Counted from the first letter of the whole stretch, positions 13,901 to 26,491 are shown. The stretch: DNA of 56,558 bases, filler included, from Bipalium vagum (GCA_037834085.1; 3 parts of 3 records of this genome joined end to end with filler, not necessarily neighbours in it); one strand, 5' to 3'. Translations and numbers: made by a program. Notes: generated by a model from the letters alone, not told the origin.

Positions 13901-16900
13901 AACAGTTCGCTTTTAGGCCTACTTCGCGAATCAATATTAAAGTGAGTAGTTGATTTCTAAAATGTCCTGTGCTCAAAAAAAAATAATATCATGTATAAAT
14001 ATTTGATAAGTTTTTAAAATTATTTTTATAAGCATGTCGATTCTCTATCATAGATTATTTATAATAATTTTGAACAAGTCGAATTGAAGTTTGCAAAAGC
14101 TTTTGATTAAAACTAAACCAGTTATCAACACGGCTTCTCTCCTGATCACAAAGAAGAATTATTAAATTTCACAATAATAAATTCAAAAATTATGCAGTTT
14201 TGTTATTAAGTTAAACTTTGAAATATTAATTCTGGACACTTTTTGGATTTGTAATCTGGTATACAACAAACCAATGGATATTTATTGATTAATTATTAAT
14301 TATTACGATTATTTTAAAAACGGTTACCAAAGAATATTATGTATATTTTTATATATATTTCTTAGACATGTTGATTTTAAAAAATTCTATTCAGTAGGTT
14401 CTTTTTAAACTGTTATTCAGTTTTTGATAATAATAATAATAATAATAATAATAATTATTATTATTATTATTTAATAAAATCTTGTAAATTTTATTAAAGA
14501 AGCTGAGTAAAGAACATCATCGCCATATATTATTTATTAATAATTATCTATGATAATGATTAAAAACAAAAATTTGAAAATATTTTGAAATATTTAAAGA
14601 TCAAGAGGTTTAGTGTTGTAGACTTGCCATCATAAAAAACTGATCTGAATTCAATCGGAAGCTTGTGGGTTTTTTTGACAAAGTTAAAAAATAGAAATTC
14701 AGAACAAAATATGAATACCGTAGATACGCAAGTATAACGTCACCCGGCTATAACGCGAGACATACAAAATTGGGTGAAAAAGTATTAAAAAATGCAAAAC
14801 GCGAGTATAACGCGAGAGTAAAAGTTGGCCAAATTCTATGTATTGTTTCCATGTTTCCAATATGTCCAAGGTCGTAATTGTGACGTTTTCGTAACTCGAT
14901 TACAAATCTGTGGAAACTGTTAATTTTGTTTTCCAAATCCTTTGGCAGTTTCTGGGAGAGTTTTGTCCGTTGTCTCAATGTCAGTCCATGGCGTTCCATG
15001 AAACTGGTACACCAACCTGCTGAAGCTTCAAAGTTTGCACTACTACTGAACTCACCAGACTTCTTTAGTCGCAATGCTTGCAATCGGATGGATGTACGTG
15101 ACACTGCTGAAGACAAAGTGTCGCAAGAACAAAAAGTTCATGAGCACTTTCGATTACACATCTTATCAACATATCATAAAGATCTTGAAATGTGATAACT
15201 AGGGTTCGTATTTTATGACTATTAAATAGAAAAATGACAAATAAATGGGTAAATATGATGCCGGTTATCTGTAAGAACATTTTCATACGTGCTAAATGAC
15301 TGTTCCACATAAATTGGTGCAATCGAAGCATATTTCATAATTACAGCATAGTCAGCAGATATTTTATTTGGAGAACTCACGTTGTCAATGTTTTTCCAGT
15401 GTACTTGAATATTTTTTCATTAATTTAAAACCTACATTTTATTAAAATGTTGCCGTAAGCTTGCTGAGAATTGTTTGACCTTTGTCATCCCTTTCTTTAC
15501 GTAATGATTCATTCACTGAATCGATCATATTAATGGCATCATAAAGCTCTCATTTTTCAAGTTTTTAATTATATCGGGAAGAAACACAAAATTAGCTCTT
15601 ATGTAAACCAACTTATTTTGGATGTCACTAAAATCAAAAAGTACTTTGTGCTTCCTTTATCGCAATTGAATTTTCACTATCAAAATGCGATATTATATCT
15701 CTTAAGTCGATAAATTTCTCAGTGTATTAAACAATGCATTTAAATTGGTTCCCCATTCAGTTAGTGTTGGTCTCACTTTATTTTCAATTCCACTTTCGGA
15801 ATTTTACTGAAAATATGTTTTACATTAAATCGTTTTTCGGCAGACATCTTTGTATTGAATATTTTGCAAAATAAAATAAGCCCATCACTGGAAAGGGTGT
15901 CTTTTCAGAATTCAAGAATCTTTTTTTTAAAATGATTGATAGATTTAATTTGGATTTGACATTACTACATTACATAAAATTAAAAATTGAATTAAATCAA
16001 ATTAATAGGTTTCTTGAAAATACGCTGATATGTTTATTTTAACAAATTATGGTTTTAAAAATAAGAAATGATTTTAAAATTTGATTTATTACTTATAAAT
16101 AAAAATCGTCTTTTATGACATAAAGTGATGACAATGTATGATTGACGATATAATATTAATATTTTTATATTAAAATTCAATTGGGAATTTCTATTATTAA
16201 GGTTTTTCAAATAATATAGTTAAATTATTTCTAAGATAACTATTTCTACTCTATACTTTTTAACTGCACCAATCCATTCAGCTCAAATTCGCAAATTAGT
16301 TCATACAGTCTCAGATCCATAATATCATTAGCGAGCGACTATTATAGTTTGACTGTAGATCTCAAACCGGACCATGAATCCAAAATGAAGTTTAGTTTAA
16401 AAGAGGAATTCAATTCGGTTTTAGTTAAAATTATGAACTGGCTGAAATCAGAAAATGTTGGTAGCGAAATGCTTGATACAGTGAGCAGCTCTCTTATAGC
16501 TTTGGTGAAACTAGACCAGGTAAAAACGAAATCATATTTATAAATGTTCTGTTGTTATATTTTTCATAAATTCGATTTCTATTGATTTTTTCAACTAATT
16601 TTCCACATTATAACAAAAAAGCCGTCCATTTTTAAAATTCTTACTTAAATTTTTTCTTAATTTTATTAAGCTGTTTTAATGATTGACTCATTTTTCTATT
16701 AATGTTCGTTTAATGAAATTATCACCAAATTTCAGCGAGAAATTCTCATATTCAAATTAATTACAAAAGTTATATTGAGGTTTTCGGGACTATAAATTGA
16801 CTTTAATAACTTGAAGATTTTAAAATTAAAAATTAACGTTTTAAAAATGAAAGATTATAGCTTTATATTTTTATCAATATTCTATGAACATAATTACAAT

Positions 16901-17470
16901 GAAAATCTTCCTTTTCAATGTTGTAGACAATGGTGAATAATCGATCATTATATTGATTTATCTATCATAATTTCTTTGTTAAATGATTTTTTGATTAGTG
17001 ATATTATAAAAAGGAACTGATATACCCATTCTTCCGTTCCATATTTTTTTAAAAATAATAATTAAAAAAAAGCTTGAGTTATTGTGGTATTATTTAATCA
17101 AATATTGTGGTTATTTATTTTGAGTAAAAGGGGGAAGTTAATATGAAATATACTGGAAAAATCATTTTTTATATTTTTGTGATTTATGCCAGTGTTGCGA
17201 AAAGCACGTCCGTTAACTTTTATTAAAAACAATTTTAATTTTTTGTGAAAAAGTTTCAAAGTCATTTAATTACAGAATTACTTTCTTACAATGTTATCGG
17301 ATTGGCTAAAATCTCTGAACAACCTCTATGTGTCTGGCAAAATACAAAATCTTGCCAATTCTCTGCAATTGATGCCCCCTGAAGGATCGAGTATATCGTC
17401 ATTTCATCGGTATAATATTGACAAGTGGAACGAGTTCGTACAATTAGTCAATAATTATGGATGTTTGTAA
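3453..17470 (+). CDS. XPO4: Exportin-4 (importin-beta family), 18 exons, about 1274 aa
   Basis: GT-AG exons 3453-3500, 3541-3634, 3687-4033, 4389-4508, 5084-5240, 5287-5402, 7350-8183, 8270-8518, 9050-9252, 10708-10849, 10937-11118, 12378-12552, 12604-12831, 12877-13030, 13391-13599, 13808-13941, 16282-16519, 17276-17470 join in frame (3825 nt). XPO4 motifs appear in the correct order: NDERKKAE..F.KS, LSWNFL, VHDKVR..LHQLAGL, HLAAPDGFRN, EEDDKKKF, LEDLHWII. Confidence 0.92.
10856..10905 (+). repeat. (TTA)n microsatellite in XPO4 intron 10
   Basis: Direct tandem TTA run inside the 87-nt intron 10850-10936. Confidence 0.95.
14718..15125 (-). mobile_element. pogo/Tc2-type transposon fragment with CENP-B-like HTH
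   Basis: TA|CCGTA terminus at 14718 with subterminal TATAACG(CGAG) repeats. The minus-strand peptide FEASAGWCTSFMERHGLTLRQRT..QKLP..IGNMET matches pogo/POGK transposases up to the first catalytic region and is then deleted. Confidence 0.8.
15230..15900 (-). mobile_element. hAT-type transposase relic
   Basis: Minus-strand translations PTLTEWGTNLNA (about 15735-15770; cf. P.xTRWxTW) and KYASIAPIYVEQSFSTYENVLTDNRH (about 15258-15335; cf. hATC VERSFSxYKxILTDxR), with stops between them. Confidence 0.65.
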
Positions 17471-19546
17471 TATTATATATATATACATATTGCTTATTGA
17501 AATATATTTTTACCGTTCTTTTGTTTAATGTTTTTTCTTGTTTGCTGTTCCAAAAGTGATACAGGACTAAAAATATATGGTTTTTTATTATTGTCGTTTT
17601 ATTTTAAACTTAATTTATTTTAGTAAAATTTTAAATACCTTTGGTAACAGAAAATAAAATATTAGAAAATATTATTGACTGAAAATTTAGGATTTTAATA
17701 GATTGCTTAGAACTTCATAAAATTTTTAATTATTGGTTAAAAATTTTAATAACTATGAAGACGTCTGACTCTTTAATTCAACTTAATGATTCTTTTAATT
17801 CTACTACTTAAAAAAATACAGTAAGGAAGGAAATTAAATTATTATAAAACAGTTTTATTCAAAAAAACCGTCATTGGCGTCTATTAATCCTCAATCCGAA
17901 TCCAAAACGTGGAGCAAGTTGATTTTACACTTTCCCTTTTTTATTGGACTAACTGAAATTTTGTATTACTGAAACTGCGATTGTTGTCTTTCTTGATTGC
18001 GCACTCCATATGTAATAATCCACCGGGTTAAGATCTGGAGATTACGGACATCCTCTAGATATTTGGAAATTTGTATATGTCAGATTTCTATCCAGATACT
18101 TTTGTATTCTAATTTCTTTGTTAATAAACTGGAAACCTCAATCACAAATTCACATAAAATGCTAAATTTTGTAATATTATTGACTTAAATTTTTTGGAAT
18201 TATTTGAAAATTTTTAAGTGTAAAAGTATGACTCCGACGTTATCTTTTAATTAAAAAACAGTTTTTAAAAGCTTTTAAAACATTTTCCATTAACAACAAA
18301 GACCTTCGCCCAAGTTTCATGCAAAGAATGAATTTCTTTAAGGTAAAACTAGTTCTTTTGAAGCAGTTCATCTATCGATATATATTTTGTGACAGTTACA
18401 ATATATTCAGTGCTTATACTAATGACATCTTTAAAATTATTTACTATTTAGTATTTAAAATAAACGAAGAAGACTTACTGTCAAAAATAGTATTGTTGTC
18501 TAGTGCGAGGCAAAACGATATCAGTTAAAAATTCAAATAAAATGAAAAGATTCATGATTTTTACATTTATCATAAATAAAAAAGTTATTTATTCATTTTC
18601 GATTTTAAGAAATCTGATAGAAAATGAAAATATTACAATTCCTTATCTTTGATTATAATTATTTTAATTATCATTAATTAGCTATTTGTTTAACATATTT
18701 AGAACAGCATTAAAAGTATTCTTTTATGTTTTAATCGAAAACTGTGGTACATTACAGGGATTTATATACTACAAAATTAAACGATTTGAGTCATTTGATT
18801 GGTTAAAAAATATTAATAATTTTAAGATATATATTTCAAGTTATAAACCTATTTTAAAATTAGTCACATACTTAATAAACTTAGATAATCATTATTAAAT
18901 TTATTAAGCTTCCTTTTTGGTAAGTTATTTTCTTTTAGATCATTGTAATTACTAAGTTAATTTCAGGAAAGATATCTTTGATAACCTTCAAATTAGTTAT
19001 TATAATCTTATACTTTCAGACTTAAGATCTTATCACTAAAATTATTAATATAATTAAACAAGTATTATTCTTTTAAGTAAAAAAAAATTTTTAAATTTTT
19101 ATAATTATTTTATATATAATATAACTGTTTTAAAATAAAATAGGAATATAAAATAAAATCAAATAAGCCTTATTATGCTTTCATAAAAACGATTTTTACT
19201 TTATTAAATTCACAATTGTCATTTTGTAGATAACAAAAATAGTTATAATGGTTAAAAGTATAAAATAAAGCATAAATTATCTTGTTAAGATACACTCCTT
19301 TAACTAAGTCTGTTCACCCCCGTTTATTTTATTAAGAAATTTCATTTTCAAAAGATTAAATACACATATACATATATTATCAATCAGACAACTTTATTAC
19401 ATATCTGAAATCACTCAAAGTACTAAATTATTGTTGCCCTACCTCTGGCTTTGACAATAGCAGTCATTCTATCAGGTAATGATTCATAAAATCCATGTAT
19501 ATAATCCGTTGGAATATTGTACCAAACATCTTGGATTTCCTTCCAA

Positions 19547-19646
19547 NNNNNNNNNNNNNNNNNNNNNNNNNNNNNNNNNNNNNNNNNNNNTTAATTAATT
19601 AANNNNNNNNNNNNNNNNNNNNNNNNNNNNNNNNNNNNNNNNNNNN
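19547..19646. other. Assembly gap with artificial TTAATTAATTAA linker
   Basis: 44 N + TTAATTAATTAA + 44 N. The linker gives stops in all six frames, and the same structure occurs at 39787-39886. Confidence 0.95.
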
Positions 19647-19711
<65 letters not shown>

Positions 19712-20381
19712 TAATAATAATAGAATTAAAATAATTAATTAAAAAGTACAAACCTAATTAAAACAAAACAAGGGCAATTTATTATTGTCTAAAAAGGATC
19801 TAATCTTGACTATTCACGACCAGAGTAGTATTTAAGGAGTGAGAATCCGCAGTGGATTGCCATAAAATTCTCTGAGAGAAATTTGCGTTCAAACGTCAGA
19901 AGAAATTCGCAATCAGGGACAGAGCTGCACCTAGTAAACCATTCTGTACGCCTTCTATGCGACAGGACCTCACGACAGGTTCTGTGCTGTTAGGTTTCTG
20001 AGCGAACTGGATTGGGCTCAGCAAACCATCCTTTGAACCTGTCATAGTCACAATTGGTGAGGATATCGTTATTTTGTATTTCTTTTTAATTTAATTGACA
20101 TTTAATTCTCATGGACATTTAATTATTCAATTGATTATTATTCAAGACATTTGATTTTTAGTGTAATCGACTATTGAAACATTTCATTTTGGTGATTGAA
20201 GAAATTTTTATTGATTATATTGAGACGTTGTGTTTGTTATTGTTATTTTGGTAATTAAGTATTGTTCGTCGTTATTTTGATTCATTCATTTGGTTATACG
20301 TATTTACAAAAGTGAAAAGATCAATAAACTTTGCAAGATAAGTGTTTATAGTAAACTTTATAGTAAAATAATAGCGTAACA
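19647..20381 (+). mobile_element. Solo-LTR-like repeat, family A copy 2, with (AAT)n head
   Basis: (AAT)n head, TATTTAAG TATA-like box at about 19829, AATAAA at about 20323, and a ...AATAGCGTAACA end. Homologous to 1453-1886 in inverted orientation. Confidence 0.6.
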
Positions 20382-21071
20382 AATATAAAATAAATGCAGA
20401 CTTCGAAAAATCTAAAGCAAATTGTTCATAGTCGATGTTTGATTACATGAATTCTAATTTCCTTTTAAATGTAAAATAAAATTCTCTAAAGAAATGAACA
20501 TAATCCTAATCATTATTTTAATTATTATTATTATTAGTAGTAGTAGTATCATTAGCAGATTATCAGATTATCAATTCAGAATTGAAATATTGTTCTGTCA
20601 TTTCTTTTTTCTATCATTAAAGGAATTAACATTCTGGAAACTTAAACAGCATCCTTCTTTTGAATCTTTATCAATTTTAATGTCTAAATCACTACAGTAC
20701 ATGGTTTCTGTTGACTTGCTCTGTTTGTCAGTGTCATTTAATGTAGGACTTATTATTATTAGTGGTTGCGACGACGGTCTGATGTTCACTATAGTACTGA
20801 GGCTGGGAAAGGTTGTGGTGAGAAGAATGCTGGTGGCTGGAACTTTTGAGGGTGGTAATTCAAATCAGAACTCTGTTTTCGGTTATTCCTTGAGAGCACT
20901 TCATGATTTTCTGAAATATGAATTGATCCTTAATGAGAAGCAGAGCCGTTTTTATTGGCCAATATTTGTAGCCATGTTATCTGTCGTCTACATTTTAATA
21001 ATGAAGCTGTCATAACATCGATATTTCCATTTCCATTTGTTGAGTTGTAGCAATAATAATGATAATGGAGT

Positions 21072-21072
21072 T

Positions 21073-21118
<46 letters not shown>

Positions 21119-21360
21119 ATGTTTTTATGAAAATTTTTGGAAAGTGTTTTTGACAAAATCCCTTTGTGGGGATTTTCGACAGATTAGGCTAATTGATTCC
21201 CTGACAGTCATTCTCGGGTGGACTGCAGGATCCCATTAACCTTGATATGATTCTATATCGGTGTGGAGGATAGAGTTGATCGCTATTAGGACAATAGCCG
21301 TCTCTAAGCGTATGGATTGGTGATCGTAGACTATAAAGAGACGACTACTTCCGTTCATTT
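21072..21360 (+). mobile_element. Solo-LTR-like repeat, family B copy 1 (5' part)
   Basis: Starts TGT(AAT)n. 21150-21350 matches the reverse complement of 31730-31925, e.g. CCGTCTCTAAGCGTA.GGATTGGTGATCGTAGACTA. The right boundary is uncertain. Confidence 0.6.
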
Positions 21361-23989
21361 TCAATTAACAGTTTTGTTGTTTTTGAGTTGGTTGCCATGA
21401 AAAAATGAAAATTACTTTTTGATATTAGGAAAAATAGGATATGTATTGGTATCGAAAATTTCTATTATTTTTAAACATACTATTGTATTATGGTGAACGA
21501 AAACAGTAAATGTTATTTTATTTAATTAACCTTTATTTTATTTGATGTAAATTTTTTTTTTTAAAAATCATAATTTTGATATTTGTAATTTAATGATTTT
21601 CACATTTTTGTTTTCTAAAAATTAGATCCTGATAAAACCTTTTTTTAGTATTTGATTGATTTATTTTGGAAAAGGTGTGATGCCAGCAACCGTTTCAAGT
21701 GCAGATTTTATTTTGCCTAAATTGTAAACGTTTATCAAGTCACAAGGCAAATTGTTGAGGGAGATTATTTTGAGGAATTTATTTTCATTGATTGTGTTGT
21801 GTTAAACAAAATATATGCACAAACTGGTAAGCGAGAAACCAATAAGAGAGAGAAATCAGAAGAGAGAAATATTGCACATATGACCAAGCGAGAGACAATT
21901 GATGGAACGAGATCATACGCTGGTATTAGGTGACAGACACGGGAAAAAAGCTGGCATGTTTCTGCAAATCCGATTGGTGGTTTGTTCTGACCAGTAATGA
22001 GATAACGGTTAAGAAGAAGTAAAAACTAAGTACGATCGATATTTTATTAATTTCCGGAATCCACAGCATAGAAAAAGTTAATTTACAAAATCACTTATCA
22101 TATCTACCAAAATTTCTCTTAACGAATTTGATTCCAATCAAGTAATTATCTAATATTCTCAGATATATGGCTCCATGACAATACAATTCTACAATGCCAT
22201 CCACATGTTTTTGGCCACCATTTATATTAAATATTATATTTATTTTGGGAAACATTTATATTCAAATTTCTTTTCCAATAGAATTTGAATTCCAGAATAA
22301 TGATAATGGTATTAATAATCAATAATAAGGCTGGATTTATAATTTTTAGTATTGTTGTGTTGTGGTAGTGATAGTAACAACAGAGAAAACAACAGACCTA
22401 TGTCATTGTCTTGTAGTCAGACAATAGGGATAAATAGAAATCATGCGACGCCTGGGACATTTTTGTTTGTTTTGCTTAATTCTCTGAAAATAGAAAATTC
22501 AGGCCTTGATGTCGGAGAAATTGGACGAATATTGTTCTCTCCATTAATTTCATTATCAACTTAAAGGATAATTAAAAGCTCTCGATTTATCCACTAACTA
22601 ATGAAGGAGAATAGTCATTAACTGATGAAGAGAATCTGATTTCTATATAATTAAGTGGCAGAGTTTCCACAATCATGCGAGAATCAATCGAAATTTAGAG
22701 TAGAATTAGACAAAAGAAGAATTAGTCTCAAACAAATTAGGAATCAGAATTGTAAATTGAGATAACGACAGATCGTTCTTTAAAATAACCGTTTAATTGC
22801 AGTTTTTGAAAGATATTTTTGTACTGTGATTGCTATTGAGATGTTTTTGAAAAAAAGGTTTACTGTGATTATATTGATTTATACAGTAAAGTTAATTGTG
22901 GTTATTTTGATTAAAAAGTGTAAGAAAATAATATTAATAACTATTAGTTAGAGGTCAGCAAAAATTTAGAGCGTCACACTTAACAGATTTAGAAATTGAA
23001 GACGGAATCAAAAATTTGGTTATTATTTTGTACTGAATATATAAATTTCACCCAATTTGATTTTTTGAAAATATTGTTCCATGAAACAATCTTGTTTGTC
23101 TTTATAATTGTTCTTGACAAAATCTAATGAATAACTTTAGGTAAATTAATAAACATATTTCCGTATTTAATGAGATGAATTATTGATCTGCATTAAAGAC
23201 AATCAAAATTTACGGAATAATGGAAGTATCTTAATACCATTCGATGGCGTCCCATTCATTATTTATTAAAATTATTCATTTATTAAAATAATTCATTTAA
23301 ACCTGTATTCAAAAAAGAATTGAAAAATTTAAACAAGCTTTTCTAGGTCGCTCAGTTAACGAAATGTAACGTTCTAAGTTAATCTTTAAAATGAATATTA
23401 AAGTTATCATTAATCTTATAATACAATAAATTCAAGTAAATATATGAAAAATATTAATAAAGGAAAAATTTAGATAAACGCTCATTTTCAAAAGTTATGG
23501 AAAGAGGAAATATTTACTTGAAATATTGACGTATTGAATTATTTATTGTTTTACCTTTTTAGATGAAATATAAAAATACAATAAATCATACCAAATTAAA
23601 TCTATATCGGAAATTAAATCTATTTGGAAAATGGTTAAAAAATACATGATCAATCGTAAATTCCTCAAAGGAGGTTTAAATAACGAGTTGGAAACAGCTT
23701 TGATTAGAAAAAAATATGCCACAACTAATTAAATTGAAAGGTATCTTTATATTTTGGTTTATTTTTATTATTTTTAGTCGAGTTGGTACAAAATAATCAA
23801 TAAACTCAAGTTTTAAACCAAAAGATTTCAGAACTGCTTTTTAAATTCTCTTTGCTTTCTTAGGATTTTATCTTACAACAATAACGATAATACTAAAAAA
23901 TAAAGATAAGGTCTATATTTTATGTACAAGAGCAGGTTTATTATTAATACGATCATTTTCTTGGATTTCCAAAAACCTTACGGAATTTC

Positions 23990-24981
23990 TCAATCTGTCG
24001 ACTGTAATGTGTTGATAAAATTTAAAGGTTCGTTGCACAAAGAGGATGCCTGGGTTGAGGAATTGTCTTGCAGGTTATTTGGTACTAGTTTGTCTGACTC
24101 TGATGGATATTGAAATTCATAACCGAATTCTTGATTTGTCGAAATCAAAGGTTTTTGAGGAATATTCGTCAAATATTGATTGCTTTGCTGATGAGCATTG
24201 AGTTGAAACAAAAAGTTCGGTTGATAGTTGCATGCCTGAGTTGGATGTTGAGAGTTTTGATTGGCATAAGATAATGGGAAAAAATGATTCCAGGAAGATA
24301 ATTTTTGATAACTGTTATTAAGGTTTGGGAGTATCGTATTTTCCACTGACTTTTCTATATTGTTGTAATTGGATGATGGTATGTTTGAATGTACTTCTTC
24401 TCGATAGTATGTTTTGGTAATTATCGATTGGTATAAACATTGAAGATGTTCCATCAAACCACTATATATGGAATTTTGGTTGGTAATTCCTTCTCGTTGA
24501 AAGTATTTACCGACCTCGTTCAGACAATCTCGGAATCCTGAAATTTTGCTCTCATAAATCTTCCTGTATTCAAAATAGCCAACACAAGAATCTAAATGGA
24601 TTACATATTGATCTATTTCACCAAAGAACATATTGTGACTCTTACCTCTATATTTTAATTCTTTCAAATGATCAACTGCAAGCTTTAATATTTCAGCCTT
24701 TTCCAATTTTGTCGTATTTTGTTTTACCATCGCATTTGGTACCAACTCTTTCAGTTCTGCCAAACTGTTATTAATTCGATCCCGTCGACGTTTTTCAATT
24801 TTCTATAAAGAATTCAAAGTAAAATCGATAAAGTTCTTTAACATCGTACTCCTCTGCGCAACTTCTTTTCAACATGGAACTCCTGATTATCAAAAAGTCC
24901 ATCATCAGAGTTATTATCATTAATTTCTCTCAAGTATTGATTATGATCTACATTCAAGTTTTTATTTTGAGTAAGATGCAT
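23990..24981 (-). CDS. hey: Hey-type bHLH-Orange transcription factor, 3 exons, about 296 aa
   Basis: Exons 24981-24850, 24802-24646, 24591-23990. The basic region KKLRRG|KIEKRRRDRINNSLAELKELVP has the Hey-diagnostic glycine rather than the Hes proline. It is followed by KLEKAEILKLAVDHLK, GYFE and the Orange domain GFRDCLNEVGKY..LMEHL. Confidence 0.88.
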
Positions 24982-24985
24982 TAGA

Positions 24986-26090
24986 CACGTGTAAAGACTT
25001 TTCAATAAATAAATAATTTTTATTTTCATTTTACACTTAATTAATATCACTGCACACACTGAAATGCTTTGTTTTGTAATACTACCAAAGTGATATCATT
25101 GGTTGAATTTTGGGTATTTTTAAAGGTATTTCCCGTCAGCCAATGAAAATTGAGTTTAAAACATGCTTCTATATTTGATGAGCACGTATGAAAAAACTTA
25201 AGATTAACAAAAGAATTAATTATTTCATTATATAAAATTTTAAAAATTAATCATGAATTTCGAAACGAATTATTTTAGGACTCTAATCTTTTTGATTAAA
25301 TAATTTACCGTGCCTACGGGATGTATTAGATGTCACCAAGAACATAACACTGAGGCGTAAATTTATACCTGAAGAGCAATGAAATCACGAACTTTACAAT
25401 TATGAATGGAGAAGTTTTTCAAAGTTTTAATTTTTCTTAAAATCCTTTTTTTCGTCCTGTTTGTATTACACAATCGATTTATCTCTTCCTAAAATAACAA
25501 ATTTTATGATAATTTCACTATTCAGTAACCTGTTGATTTTCCTTGCACATCATAGTGCATGATATAAGCAAGATAACATTTAGGAAAACAACACTGGAAT
25601 AGTTCCCCTTTGTTGTCTCATCTCTAAAAACGGTTTTGTTTCTTTATTGGATCTTTGGAAAAAAATGAGCCATGCCTGGCATCACTGGGGTTTATGGTGG
25701 ATTCTTTCTGAAACCTTTACAATTGAATAAACGATGGAAATCAGAGACGACTTGTCAATTTAAGACAATTAAACAAACAATAAATCCTGCAAGAATAATA
25801 ATAAATAATTGTTACATAAACGATCGTGCAATCATGTTATCGTGTGACACAATTGATTGCGTCAATTAATGTTCAAATTGAAGAGAAATCTGTGAAAAAA
25901 TTTGTTTGAGAAATCTTTCGATATTACTTTAAGACTTAAAGCAGTCGGCTTTAAGTTTTTTATAATGATGATCATAAATATTGAATCAATGTGGGAAAAC
26001 GTATGAGGAAAACTGAAAGTCACCGGTTCAATGACATTGGCCAGATGTTCCTATGCGAGGTTTTCTTGAGAGAATGTTCACCACGTGCTG
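24986..26090 (-). promoter_or_regulatory. Putative hey promoter/proximal enhancer
   Basis: E-box CACGTG at 24986-24991 and 26082-26087, CCAAT boxes at about 25099 (minus) and about 25140 (plus), and CSL site TGTGGGAA at 25990-25997. GC is locally higher and no TE homology is obvious. Confidence 0.45.
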
Positions 26091-26491
26091 AACCACTCAG
26101 CAGCAAGTCACAGTAAAAGTGGCTTTTCAACTATTATACCAAAATGATAAAGTTCCGATGGTTGGCGGCTTCAGTGCAGTTGCTAGGGCTCAGCAATTAT
26201 CAGCTCGCCATTTACAGGTTTCATTGCTTTATGCTAAACATTTTCTTCATTAACTGTTATTGAAAATATTTGGAACATTTTGATTTCAGTCATTTATTAA
26301 CAGTGATAGTAATGATTAGTTTTTTTAATATTTATAATTTTTATCAATTAATCGATTCTTTGTTTTCAAAAGCACTGTGAGGATTACGAAATAGTAATAA
26401 TTTTTATAATAATAAAAATGAAATAATAAAATATAAAAAGTAATAATACCCCAATAATTATCATAATGATTTCAAAATTAATAAGTGTAAT

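Noticed and set aside
19591-19602. TTAATTAATTAA island inside N runs (also 39831-39842) as a biological motif
   Set aside because: It is centred in exactly 100-nt gaps and gives stops in six frames, so it is an assembly linker.
20494-21015. 173-aa plus-strand hydrophobic ORF
   Set aside because: It starts in an ATT/AGT repeat, has no recognisable domain, and looks like the antisense shadow of decayed minus-strand sequence.
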